Shown: one piece after another, positions 19,673 through 28,065 of the stretch
Position numbering within the stretch: the first letter of the stretch is position 1
How the letters are laid out: each line of letters opens with the position of its first letter
Sequence record: SRR2962707_1575
Strand: one strand, 5' to 3'
Length of the DNA stretch: 50,028 nt
Position numbers and translations under genes: made by a program
The notes under the pieces: model-generated
Seen by the model: only the letters and a program-made list of their open reading frames with translations
What the model was told of the DNA's origin: nothing
The model's database searches: none

Positions 19673-19702
19673 CGCTTTAGCCCCAAACTTTCAGGTAAAA
19701 AA

Positions 19703-20242
19703 ATGTCGGTTTTGATAAACCAGTTTTCGCAAATATGCCGTGTGCTGACCGGGATATCATTTTCAGTCCTTATCGTTGCGGTATTGATCCAAGTGATCTC
19801 ACGGACCTGCACATCCTCTGAAATCTGGATGACTTGGTTTTCATACACCTGTTTTTCCTCGCCTGTCTGGACAGAAGAATTAACGCGTTATGCATTGCTG
19901 TTCATGGCCGCCTTTGGCGTTGGCTTGTCGCTAAGAAGCGGTGACCTCGTCAATGTTGATGTGGTTTGTGAAAGCCTGCCGGGCAAAGCACCTTGGGTGC
20001 TTCGGCTGCTATCGGCAACGTTGGGCTTTATGGTCTGTGCCTTGTTGATCATGCCTGCCTGGAAATATGTCTCCATCGGGAAGATGCAAACCTCTCCGGC
20101 CTTGTCCGTCAGAATGGACTTTATTCATGCCTCGGTATTCGTGCTGCTGATCCTGCTCGCCGTGTTCTTTTTGTTGCGCATTCTTGGCATGCTTTCTGGC
20201 CAAGAAGACGGCCTCCCCCATCGTGAAATGGAAGATGTTTGA
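19703..20242 (+). CDS. dctQ: TRAP transporter small permease
   Basis: Four TM segments, QV..R and WTEELTRY motifs. Confidence 0.92.
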   Translation: MSVLINQFSQICRVLTGISFSVLIVAVLIQVISRTCTSSEIWMTWFSYTCFSSPVWTEELTRYALLFMAAFGVGLSLRSGDLVNVDVVCESLPGKAPWVLRLLSATLGFMVCALLIMPAWKYVSIGKMQTSPALSVRMDFIHASVFVLLILLAVFFLLRILGMLSGQEDGLPHREMEDV

Positions 20243-21519
20243 TGGAAGTCTATGTACTCATTTCTGTATTCATCATTGGTTTGGTGATTGGCGTCCCTGT
20301 TGCGGTGACATTGGGCCTTGCGTCCATGGCCTACCTGTTTTTGACAGGCATCCCCTTTGTGGTCATGCCGCAAAAAATGTACGCGGGTATGGACGTCTTT
20401 GTGCTGCTCAGCATTCCGGGGTTTATCCTGGCTGGTAATCTAATGAACCAAGGGGGCATCACCGAGCGGATCATTCGCTTTGCCAATGCGATGGTCGGTT
20501 GGGTTCGAGGCGGCCTGGGGTTGACCAACATCGCCGCCTCCATGCTTTTTGGCGGCATCACCGGAACAGCTGTGGCCGATGCTGCGTCGATTGGGGGCGT
20601 AATGATCCCCGGAATGAAGAAAGCCGGTTATCCAGCCGATTTCTCTGCCGCAGTCACCGCCGCCTCTTCGACAGTTGGTCCGATTATCCCGCCCAGTGTT
20701 CCAATGATTATCGTTGGCGCGCTTTCTGGGATTTCCGTTGGGAAAATGTTCCTTGCCGGTGCGATCCCCGGAATTCTGATGGGTGTCGCAATGATGGTGA
20801 CCTGTTATGTCATCTCGCGTCGCCGTAACTTTCCGCGCCAAGAATGGCAGGGGTTTTCAGAGTTGGCGCGGTCCTTCTCATCCGCGTTCTGGGCGCTTGC
20901 TATGACAGGGTTGATCATCTACGGCCTGCTTAGTGGTCTCGCGACACCGACAGAAACGGCCGTAATTGCAAGCGTTTACGCCTTTGTGGTCGGAGCCTTC
21001 GTCTATCGCGATCTCAAAATTCCAGCGCTGCCCAAAATTGTAGTCGACAGCGCAGTGTCTGCTGCGGCGATCCTTGTTCTGGTGGGCTTTGCCAATGTAT
21101 TTGGCTGGATCCTTGTTTCTGAGCGTATCCCGCAGGCCATCGCCAGCGGCGTTCTGTCGATCACGGACAACAAATTCTTGGTGATCCTTATCATCAACCT
21201 GTTGCTGCTGTTCGTCGGCATGTTCATGGAAACCATCGCCGCCCTGATCATTCTGTTCGTCCCCTTACTGGCCTTGGCCCAAGGTGTGGGTGTTGAACCC
21301 CTGCATTTTGCAACCTTTGCCGTGCTCAACCTGATGATCGGACTGACAACCCCTCCAGTCGGCGTTTGCCTGTTCGTCTGCGCCAACATTGCCCGCCTGC
21401 CCCTCGCTCCTGTGGTCAAGGCGATTTTGCCTTTCCTACTGACTAATATCGTGGTGCTGTTCATGGTGTCGTTCATACCGGCACTGGCCACCTGGCTTCC
21501 CAATCTTCTCTTACCCTAG
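20242..21519 (+). CDS. dctM: TRAP transporter large permease
   Basis: IPGFILAGNLM, GTAVAD, GPIIPPS, GLTTPPVG; start overlaps the dctQ stop (TGATG). Confidence 0.94.
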   Translation: MEVYVLISVFIIGLVIGVPVAVTLGLASMAYLFLTGIPFVVMPQKMYAGMDVFVLLSIPGFILAGNLMNQGGITERIIRFANAMVGWVRGGLGLTNIAASMLFGGITGTAVADAASIGGVMIPGMKKAGYPADFSAAVTAASSTVGPIIPPSVPMIIVGALSGISVGKMFLAGAIPGILMGVAMMVTCYVISRRRNFPRQEWQGFSELARSFSSAFWALAMTGLIIYGLLSGLATPTETAVIASVYAFVVGAFVYRDLKIPALPKIVVDSAVSAAAILVLVGFANVFGWILVSERIPQAIASGVLSITDNKFLVILIINLLLLFVGMFMETIAALIILFVPLLALAQGVGVEPLHFATFAVLNLMIGLTTPPVGVCLFVCANIARLPLAPVVKAILPFLLTNIVVLFMVSFIPALATWLPNLLLP

Positions 21520-21528
21520 GCCCATCCA

Positions 21529-22575
21529 ATGAAAACACGACTCTGCCGCCTTCATGGCCAACATGACATTCGTATCGAAACCGCCGAGGTTTCCTCTCCC
21601 GAAACCGGTGAAGTGCTTGTTCAGCTGGGGGCTGGCGGCATCTGCGGCTCTGATCTGCACTATTATCAGGACGGTGGTTTTGGCCCGATCCGGGTCAAAG
21701 AACCCATCGTTCTGGGGCATGAAGTGTCAGGAACCATTCTCGCACTTGGCGACGGGGTTAGCCGCCTGAGTGTTGGTGACAAAGTGGCCTTGAACCCCAG
21801 CCGCCCCTGCGAAGACTGCAAATTCTGCGATGACGGCGTGTTCCAGCATTGTCTGAATATGCGCTTCTTTGGATCGGCCATGCGGTTTCCCCACGAGCAA
21901 GGCGCTTTCCGGGACAGAATGGTGGTGCGCGCGGCGCAGTGTTTGCCGGTTGGTCCCGACACGAGCTTGGCCGAAGCCGCCTGCGCAGAACCTTTGGCCG
22001 TTTGTCTTCACGCCATGAACCAAGCGCCTGATCTGAAGGGAAAGTCTGTTCTGGTCACTGGAGCCGGACCAATTGGTGTGTTGTGTACAGCGCTTGCCGC
22101 CTATGCGGGCGCAAAAGAGGTGGTTGTCACAGACTTGCAAGATGCCACCTTGGCCGTTGCGGGCAAAATGGGGGCAACCCAGATTATTAATGTGGCGACC
22201 AACTCAGACCAAACTGAGCCATTCATGGCGGACAAAGGTCATTTCGATGTTGTCTTTGAATGCTCGGCCGCCGCGCCAGCCATCAAAACGGCGATCAACG
22301 CTGTCCGTCCACGCGGTACAATCGTTCAGGTTGGTGTTGCTGGCGATGTCGCCCTGCCCCTCAATTTCCTGGTCAGCAAAGAGATCCGTTACTTGGGATC
22401 GCAACGCTTTCACGCGGAATTCGCAGTCGCCGTTGACCTGATCAACCACCGTAAGATTGATGTCCGTCCGATGATCACCGACACCTTCCCGCTGGAAGAG
22501 GCCCTCGCGGCGTTTAAAGTGGCCGGTGATCGCAGCAAAGCCGTCAAGGTTCAGCTCGCCTTTGCCGAAGCTTAA
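21529..22575 (+). CDS. idnD: Zn-dependent sugar-acid dehydrogenase, L-idonate 5-dehydrogenase-like
   Basis: GICGSDLHYY, LGHE, structural Zn CxxCxxC..C, FFGSAMRFPH, GAGPIG. Confidence 0.75.
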   Translation: MKTRLCRLHGQHDIRIETAEVSSPETGEVLVQLGAGGICGSDLHYYQDGGFGPIRVKEPIVLGHEVSGTILALGDGVSRLSVGDKVALNPSRPCEDCKFCDDGVFQHCLNMRFFGSAMRFPHEQGAFRDRMVVRAAQCLPVGPDTSLAEAACAEPLAVCLHAMNQAPDLKGKSVLVTGAGPIGVLCTALAAYAGAKEVVVTDLQDATLAVAGKMGATQIINVATNSDQTEPFMADKGHFDVVFECSAAAPAIKTAINAVRPRGTIVQVGVAGDVALPLNFLVSKEIRYLGSQRFHAEFAVAVDLINHRKIDVRPMITDTFPLEEALAAFKVAGDRSKAVKVQLAFAEA

Positions 22576-23522
22576 GACGTAAACTCTCCACAAAGCGCGG
22601 TTGAAAGAAATGTCAGCCGCGCTTGTTCCGTCAGATCCAGACTTAAGACATGGTGCAGTTTGGCATAGGCCGCCTCGACCGTCATATCGCCCCCGTTCAG
22701 AACACCGTTATCGCGAAGAACTGCACCGGCCGCATAAGCCCCCGGCGCCATCCCGCCCTCTGGACATTGACTGACCGCAACAATTGGCACGCCCTGCGCT
22801 TGGGCGTGTTTCAGCGCTTCCTGAAACCCCGGTGAACTAGGGGCAGTTCCTGACCCAAAGCACCGCAAGACCACTCCATCACTGTGGCGGATCACTGCTG
22901 CGAACAAATCTTCCGGCAACCCTGGAGCCACGGAAAGAACTGCCACATTTCTCGACTTATATCTGTGGCTTATGAAATCTTCCGCAGCCCGTTTTGGCGA
23001 CACATCAGCAGGGGACGCACGAAAGGCATCAAGGTCCGAAGAATGAATTTTGCGCACGCGGGCCCCATGCATCAATCGACCCGAAAATTGCAACCAAACC
23101 CCCGCTTCCGCGTGGGTCGCGGCTTGTAAGGCATCAACCAAATTGACCCGACCGTCGCTGTCAGTCACCGTCAGCGGTCGCATTGACCCAGTAAGCACGA
23201 CGGGCTTTTGAAGCCCCGCCAAGGCAAAGCACAAAGCAGCAGCCGTATAAGCCATTGTGTCCGTCCCATGTGTCACCACAAACCCGTCATACTGATCGCA
23301 GTGTTGACCGATGATCTGCGCCAACCGATCCCAATCTAAAGGCGTTGCCTCTGCACTATCAATCAACGGGGACAATGTCTTGATGTCGATCTGCCCCTTG
23401 AAATCACCGCTGTCCAAAATGTCTTGAACACAAGTTTCCACGATGCCTACGCCCGGCGCAAATCCGGCATCGGTGTCCTGCATCCCAATGGTGCCACCTG
23501 TATGAATGAGTAACAATGACAT
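22572..23522 (-). CDS. ansA: L-asparaginase (cytoplasmic type I)
   Basis: HTGGTIGM and HGTDTM catalytic Thr motifs, VVLTGS, SQC, DMT.EAA.AKL; no signal peptide. Confidence 0.88.
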   Translation of the reverse strand: MSLLLIHTGGTIGMQDTDAGFAPGVGIVETCVQDILDSGDFKGQIDIKTLSPLIDSAEATPLDWDRLAQIIGQHCDQYDGFVVTHGTDTMAYTAAALCFALAGLQKPVVLTGSMRPLTVTDSDGRVNLVDALQAATHAEAGVWLQFSGRLMHGARVRKIHSSDLDAFRASPADVSPKRAAEDFISHRYKSRNVAVLSVAPGLPEDLFAAVIRHSDGVVLRCFGSGTAPSSPGFQEALKHAQAQGVPIVAVSQCPEGGMAPGAYAAGAVLRDNGVLNGGDMTVEAAYAKLHHVLSLDLTEQARLTFLSTALCGEFTS

Positions 23523-23808
23523 AAAATTTTCTTTCGGCTGAGGGTCTTGTCGCGTCAGACTTTGGATGGGTTATCTCTTAGTCTTGTGATGTCATCCACA
23601 GTTTTTTACCCTTGGGAAACACAAAATTTTGGTCCCCATGACCTGCGGAGCGACTTGCATATCGGGGCGCTTGTCCTGAAAGTGTCACGTAAGCACAATC
23701 GCAGAATTTGGAGTGACCCGCCACGCGGCCGAGCAGGTCTGTTACTCAGCCAGTGTCCTCTTTCGCAACCGGCTGTTGGCTAACCCAAAATCGTCAAAAG
23801 GAGCGCGC

Positions 23809-24738
23809 ATGAATAATTCCAAGGAACTCAAGGACAACCTCCGCCGCAAAGTTGTGCTGCTGGGGGGTATGCCGCCCGACATGGTACGGATTCTTAGTGA
23901 CGGGTTTGAATTGCTGGACGAAACCGCCGTCGAAACGCTTAGCGAACACGACCGTGCCTCCCTGACGGTTGGCTTGACCACCGCCATGCATGGAGCGTCG
24001 CGCGAGAAAGTGTCTCGCTTCCCTGGCCTGAAAACAATTGTGAGCATTGGCGCGGGACAGGACAAGTTTGACCTGCCTTGGCTGTCCTCCAATGGGATCA
24101 CGGTCATGACGACACAAGATGTTATGACAGAAGATACCGCTGAATTTGCTGTGGGATTGGTTTTTGCCGCCTTGCGCAAAATTGTCTTGAATGATCGTTG
24201 GGTCCGTCGCGGCGATTGGGAAACTAAGGGCAGACCTGGACCTGGGCGCCGAATTTCCGAAACAAAAATCGGTATTGTCGGTTTAGGTCGTATTGGCGGG
24301 CGAATTGCAACGAAACTGTCTGGATTGGGGGCAGCGATATACTACACCAGCCGCACCCAAAAGGACGTCGATTGGCAGTTCATTCCTGACATCAATGATT
24401 TGGCAAAGCAAGTTGACGTACTGATCTTAAGCTGTGTTGGTGGGGCGGAAACTCGTGGGATTGTTGACAAGATTGTTCTTCAAAACCTTGGAAAAAAGGG
24501 ATTTCTTATCAATGTCGCACGCGGCTCCGTTGTCAACGAAGCTGACTTGATTAATGCCTTGGAAACCGAAGGAATTGCCGGGGCCGCCTTGGACGTGTTC
24601 GAGAACGAACCCGCTCCTGACCCCCGGTTCTTTGCCATTGAGAACTGTATTTTGGAACCCCACAGCTCTGTCTTCACGTCCGAAAACCGCCGGGACCTTG
24701 CGGCTGAACTGGTGAGACTTCTAAGAACCAGCCCATAA
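23809..24738 (+). CDS. D-isomer-specific 2-hydroxyacid dehydrogenase
   Basis: GLGRIG, INVARG, LDVFENEP, PH; AAGGAG RBS before ATG 23809. Confidence 0.88.
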   Translation: MNNSKELKDNLRRKVVLLGGMPPDMVRILSDGFELLDETAVETLSEHDRASLTVGLTTAMHGASREKVSRFPGLKTIVSIGAGQDKFDLPWLSSNGITVMTTQDVMTEDTAEFAVGLVFAALRKIVLNDRWVRRGDWETKGRPGPGRRISETKIGIVGLGRIGGRIATKLSGLGAAIYYTSRTQKDVDWQFIPDINDLAKQVDVLILSCVGGAETRGIVDKIVLQNLGKKGFLINVARGSVVNEADLINALETEGIAGAALDVFENEPAPDPRFFAIENCILEPHSSVFTSENRRDLAAELVRLLRTSP

Positions 24739-24761
24739 AAGTCACATCATTGACTTTTATG
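24734..24761. repeat. perfect 11-bp AT-rich inverted repeat (operator or hairpin)
   Basis: CATAAAAGTCA-catcat-TGACTTTTATG overlapping the stop of the upstream gene. Confidence 0.6.
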
Positions 24762-24879
24762 ATGAGCTGGTTCAACATAGAAAAATCACAGGTCAATGCG
24801 ACCTTGTACAATCTCAGATTTACCGACCCACGCCCTCCTTGTTTGGCGTTGTGGCGCAATTCAAGGCGGACAGGCCGAT

Positions 24880-25749
24880 ATGCCGATCACGGACGTTATG
24901 ATCATCGAAGCGACCAAGGAACTCTATTCCCGCTCTCTGAGAAAAGTACCAGAAGACGCCAAGGCCGCGATTTCTGCTGCGATGCAGACCGAGAGCAACG
25001 AAACCGCGCGGCAAACTCTGGAACTTCAACTGAGAAGTGCGCAATTGGCGGAGAAAAAAGACAGTTTCGTATGTTCCGACAGCGGGTTCCCGACCTATTT
25101 CGTGAAGGTCGGCAGCGAGGCGCAGTTGGCTTGCGACTTTAAGAAATCAATCAGACAGGGCTATGAGACTCTGGTCGACACCATTGAGCCGCCCTTGCTA
25201 AAGCACGTGACCAACCCGATAACACTTGAGCGCGGATACCACGGTAAAGACATGCCTATCGTGTCCTATGACTTTGAAAGCGGTGCGGATTATGTCGAAA
25301 TGGTCTGTTCGCCAAAGGCACTTGGTTCAGGGCGATGGGCCGCGTTAGAGCTTTTTACATTCCCCTCATTGGAAGAGATCGAAACGTACATTCTGGACGT
25401 CGCGATAAAGGCCGGCGCACAGCATTGCCCACCCGTTATTATGGGCGTTGGAATCGGCGGCAGTTTTGATCACTGCGCCAGTCTTGCCAAGAAACAAACG
25501 CTGCGCCCGATCGGCACAAAAAACGCGGATCCAACATTGGCCGCGATGGAAGAGCGCCTGACCAAAGCGGTCAACGGGCTTGGCTTTGGGCCTATGGGCA
25601 CCGGCGGGGACACGACGGTTCTTGGCGTCCATGTTGATTTTTCGAGCGGTCACGGGTTCACCCCCGTTGCTGTATGTTTCAACTGTTGGATCAACCGCCG
25701 TGCCCGTGTGCGTATGTGGGGAGATGGCCGGATGGAGTGGTCCGAATGA
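24880..25749 (+). CDS. Fe-S hydro-lyase, fumarate hydratase class I / tartrate dehydratase alpha-subunit family (divergent)
   Basis: Three cluster Cys (CSDSG, HCPP..GVGIGG, NCW), LGFGPMG.GG..T. Confidence 0.85.
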   Translation: MPITDVMIIEATKELYSRSLRKVPEDAKAAISAAMQTESNETARQTLELQLRSAQLAEKKDSFVCSDSGFPTYFVKVGSEAQLACDFKKSIRQGYETLVDTIEPPLLKHVTNPITLERGYHGKDMPIVSYDFESGADYVEMVCSPKALGSGRWAALELFTFPSLEEIETYILDVAIKAGAQHCPPVIMGVGIGGSFDHCASLAKKQTLRPIGTKNADPTLAAMEERLTKAVNGLGFGPMGTGGDTTVLGVHVDFSSGHGFTPVAVCFNCWINRRARVRMWGDGRMEWSE

Positions 25750-26375
25750 GTATTCAAGAACACGATCTGGCGCTTCCCTTAACCGACGACGCCGTCCGGG
25801 ACCTGAATGTTGGCGACATTGTCTACATAACAGGAGAAATCTTTACCACAGCAGGCATTCCAACCCATGAGCGTCTGTTGAAATGTCTGGACGAAGGTGA
25901 ACCCCTGCCGTTTGACATGAAGGGCGGTGCGCTTTTCCACTTAGGTAGCCTGAACGAAGAAGCCGAAGATGGCTCGCTCAGCATTATCTATATGAACCCG
26001 ACGACCAGCACGCGCTTTAATGGCCATATGCCAAAGCTGATTCCGGGGTTGGGGCTGCGGGCAACCGGTGGCAAGGGCGGTCTGGATGCGGCCTGCGCCC
26101 GTACCATGGCCGAAAATGGCTGTATCTATTTGTCCTTTTTGGGGGGCGGCGCGCCGATCATCACCTCGGGCATTCGCAAAGTCACGGGGATCGGCTGGCC
26201 CGAGATGATATCGCACTATAGAATCGTGCGGATCGAGGTTGAGCGACTTGGCCCTTTGACCGTGGGAATCGACGCACATGGCAATAGCATTTACGATCAG
26301 ACGTCTCAAAACGCACAAGAGCGGCGCAGCGCACTCCTTGCTGAAATGAGAGCATCACGCGAAGCCGCAGAATGA
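25746..26375 (+). CDS. Fe-S hydro-lyase beta-subunit family (divergent)
   Basis: L.VGD.V..TG, PTTS.R, GKGG, GPL.V.ID.HGN; ATGA overlap with alpha subunit. Confidence 0.85.
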   Translation: MSIQEHDLALPLTDDAVRDLNVGDIVYITGEIFTTAGIPTHERLLKCLDEGEPLPFDMKGGALFHLGSLNEEAEDGSLSIIYMNPTTSTRFNGHMPKLIPGLGLRATGGKGGLDAACARTMAENGCIYLSFLGGGAPIITSGIRKVTGIGWPEMISHYRIVRIEVERLGPLTVGIDAHGNSIYDQTSQNAQERRSALLAEMRASREAAE

Positions 26376-26553
26376 ATTTCCTTATAAATTCAACTCTCTA
26401 AATCAATATTTTCCCTGACACCATAGCATAGACTCCAGACCTAAATTTATCTTGCATGCGAAAATAAAAGGTATAAAGTTATATTTCTAGCTTATTGATG
26501 GCGGCAGAAAATATCAGCCGCCGCATCTGCACGAAATTGGGAGGATTAACATA

Positions 26554-27546
26554 ATGTCGAATATCTGGAATGGCATCAGCCGGACGATCGCGACGGGTCT
26601 TGTCTGCGGTTTGGCTGTCTTGTCAGCTGGCGCCGCTGCGGCTCAGGACTATCCGAGCAAGCCGGTTACACTGGTTGTTGGCTTCCCACCCGGTGGATCT
26701 ACGGACGTCGTCGCACGTATCCTCGCAGAACATATGACAGATACTTTGGGCCAGCCCGTTTTGGTCGAAAATCGCCCCGGTGCTGGTGGCACGGTCGGTA
26801 TTGGACATGTCGCATCCTCTGATCCTGATGGCTACACTCTGGGTGTGAGCGGCGTTGGGGCTTCGATCCTGATCGCGGCTCTTGGACGGGAAACCGGCTA
26901 CGACATCGACAAAGACCTGGATGTCATCGGAGTGATGGGCACGCTCGGTCTGGTGATTGCCGGCCGTAATGGTTTGGAAGCGCAAACCCTGCCCGAGCTG
27001 ATGCAATTCGCCAAGGACAACCCTGAAGGATTGACCTATGGCAGCTCTGGTGTTGGTACTCCCGGTCATCTGGCGATGGAGTATCTCAAAAGCGTCGCGG
27101 GCGTTGAAATGCTGCATATCCCTTATAAGGGCAACACGCCACTAATGAATGACCTGATGGGCGGGCATGTCGATATTGCCATGCTGACTACTCCGGGTGC
27201 GGCAGAGCAGGTGCGCGCCGAAGCCATTCAACCCTTCGCGGTCTCCTCGCCGGATCGGTCACCGTTAATGCCTGATGTTCCGACCGTGATCGAAGGCGGG
27301 TTCGAGGGGTATACAGCAACGTTGTGGAACCTACTTGTAACGCCCAAAGGCACCCCAGCGGATGTACAGGAAAAACTGTCCGCTGCTCTGAATGCCGCGA
27401 TGCAAGATGCCGATGTTCTGGAATCTTATGCCTCCAAAGGTCTGGCACCGACATTGACGTCGCCAGCTGAGGCAGGTCAATTCTTGGTAGATGTACGCGA
27501 GAAATGGAAAGGGGTTATCCAGGCCGCTGGTGTTCCCACCAAGTAA
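26554..27546 (+). CDS. tctC: tripartite tricarboxylate transporter substrate-binding protein (TctC/Bug)
   Basis: YPSKPVTLVVGFPPGGSTD, ENRPGAGG, HIPYKG; signal peptide; GGGAGG RBS. Confidence 0.92.
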   Translation: MSNIWNGISRTIATGLVCGLAVLSAGAAAAQDYPSKPVTLVVGFPPGGSTDVVARILAEHMTDTLGQPVLVENRPGAGGTVGIGHVASSDPDGYTLGVSGVGASILIAALGRETGYDIDKDLDVIGVMGTLGLVIAGRNGLEAQTLPELMQFAKDNPEGLTYGSSGVGTPGHLAMEYLKSVAGVEMLHIPYKGNTPLMNDLMGGHVDIAMLTTPGAAEQVRAEAIQPFAVSSPDRSPLMPDVPTVIEGGFEGYTATLWNLLVTPKGTPADVQEKLSAALNAAMQDADVLESYASKGLAPTLTSPAEAGQFLVDVREKWKGVIQAAGVPTK

Positions 27547-27565
27547 GAAAATACGGTATAAAAGG

Positions 27566-27590
27566 GGGCGGCTTTAGCCGCCCTTCTCTA
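27566..27590 (+). terminator. hairpin between tctC and tctB
   Basis: GGGCGGC-ttta-GCCGCCC stem-loop followed by a pyrimidine run. Confidence 0.55.
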
Positions 27591-27610
27591 TTTAGGAACA
27601 GGGAACACCC

Positions 27611-28060
27611 ATGAATATCGTATCGCTTCGGCTAGTCGTTGCCGCGATCTTGGCAATGATCGGTGTGATCGGATTGACGATCGGATTAAGTTACGACTTT
27701 GGCTCTGCCCGCAGAATGGGCACTGGATATTTCCCGGTTTTACTATCTGGCATTCTGCTTTTGCTGGCGCTGACCGAGGGTGTGACTGCCATCCTGAAAC
27801 CAGAGGCGGAAAAACCTGATCCAGTCGACTGGCGCCCCCTGTTTTCCATTCTTGCAGCGGTCGCGGCCTTCGCCATTACAATCCCCTTTTTGGGTTTGAT
27901 CCCGGCTTTCCTTGTTGTCGTTGGTCTCTCTTCTTTGTCTGAGGTCGGGTATGGCTGGAAGCCAGCACTGGCGTTGTCACTGGTGAGCTGTATCGTCGCC
28001 TGGCTGCTTTTCTCACAACTTCTGGGCATGACATTGCCACTCTTTAGCTGGAGGTTCTGA
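27611..28060 (+). CDS. tctB: TTT transporter small membrane subunit
   Basis: G...RMG.GYFP motif, hydrophobic helices, LF..LLG..LP. Confidence 0.88.
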   Translation: MNIVSLRLVVAAILAMIGVIGLTIGLSYDFGSARRMGTGYFPVLLSGILLLLALTEGVTAILKPEAEKPDPVDWRPLFSILAAVAAFAITIPFLGLIPAFLVVVGLSSLSEVGYGWKPALALSLVSCIVAWLLFSQLLGMTLPLFSWRF

Positions 28061-28065
28061 GAACC

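Noticed and set aside
24880-26375. Gene symbols ttdA/ttdB or fumA
   Set aside because: Several substrate-binding motifs differ, so substrate cannot be assigned
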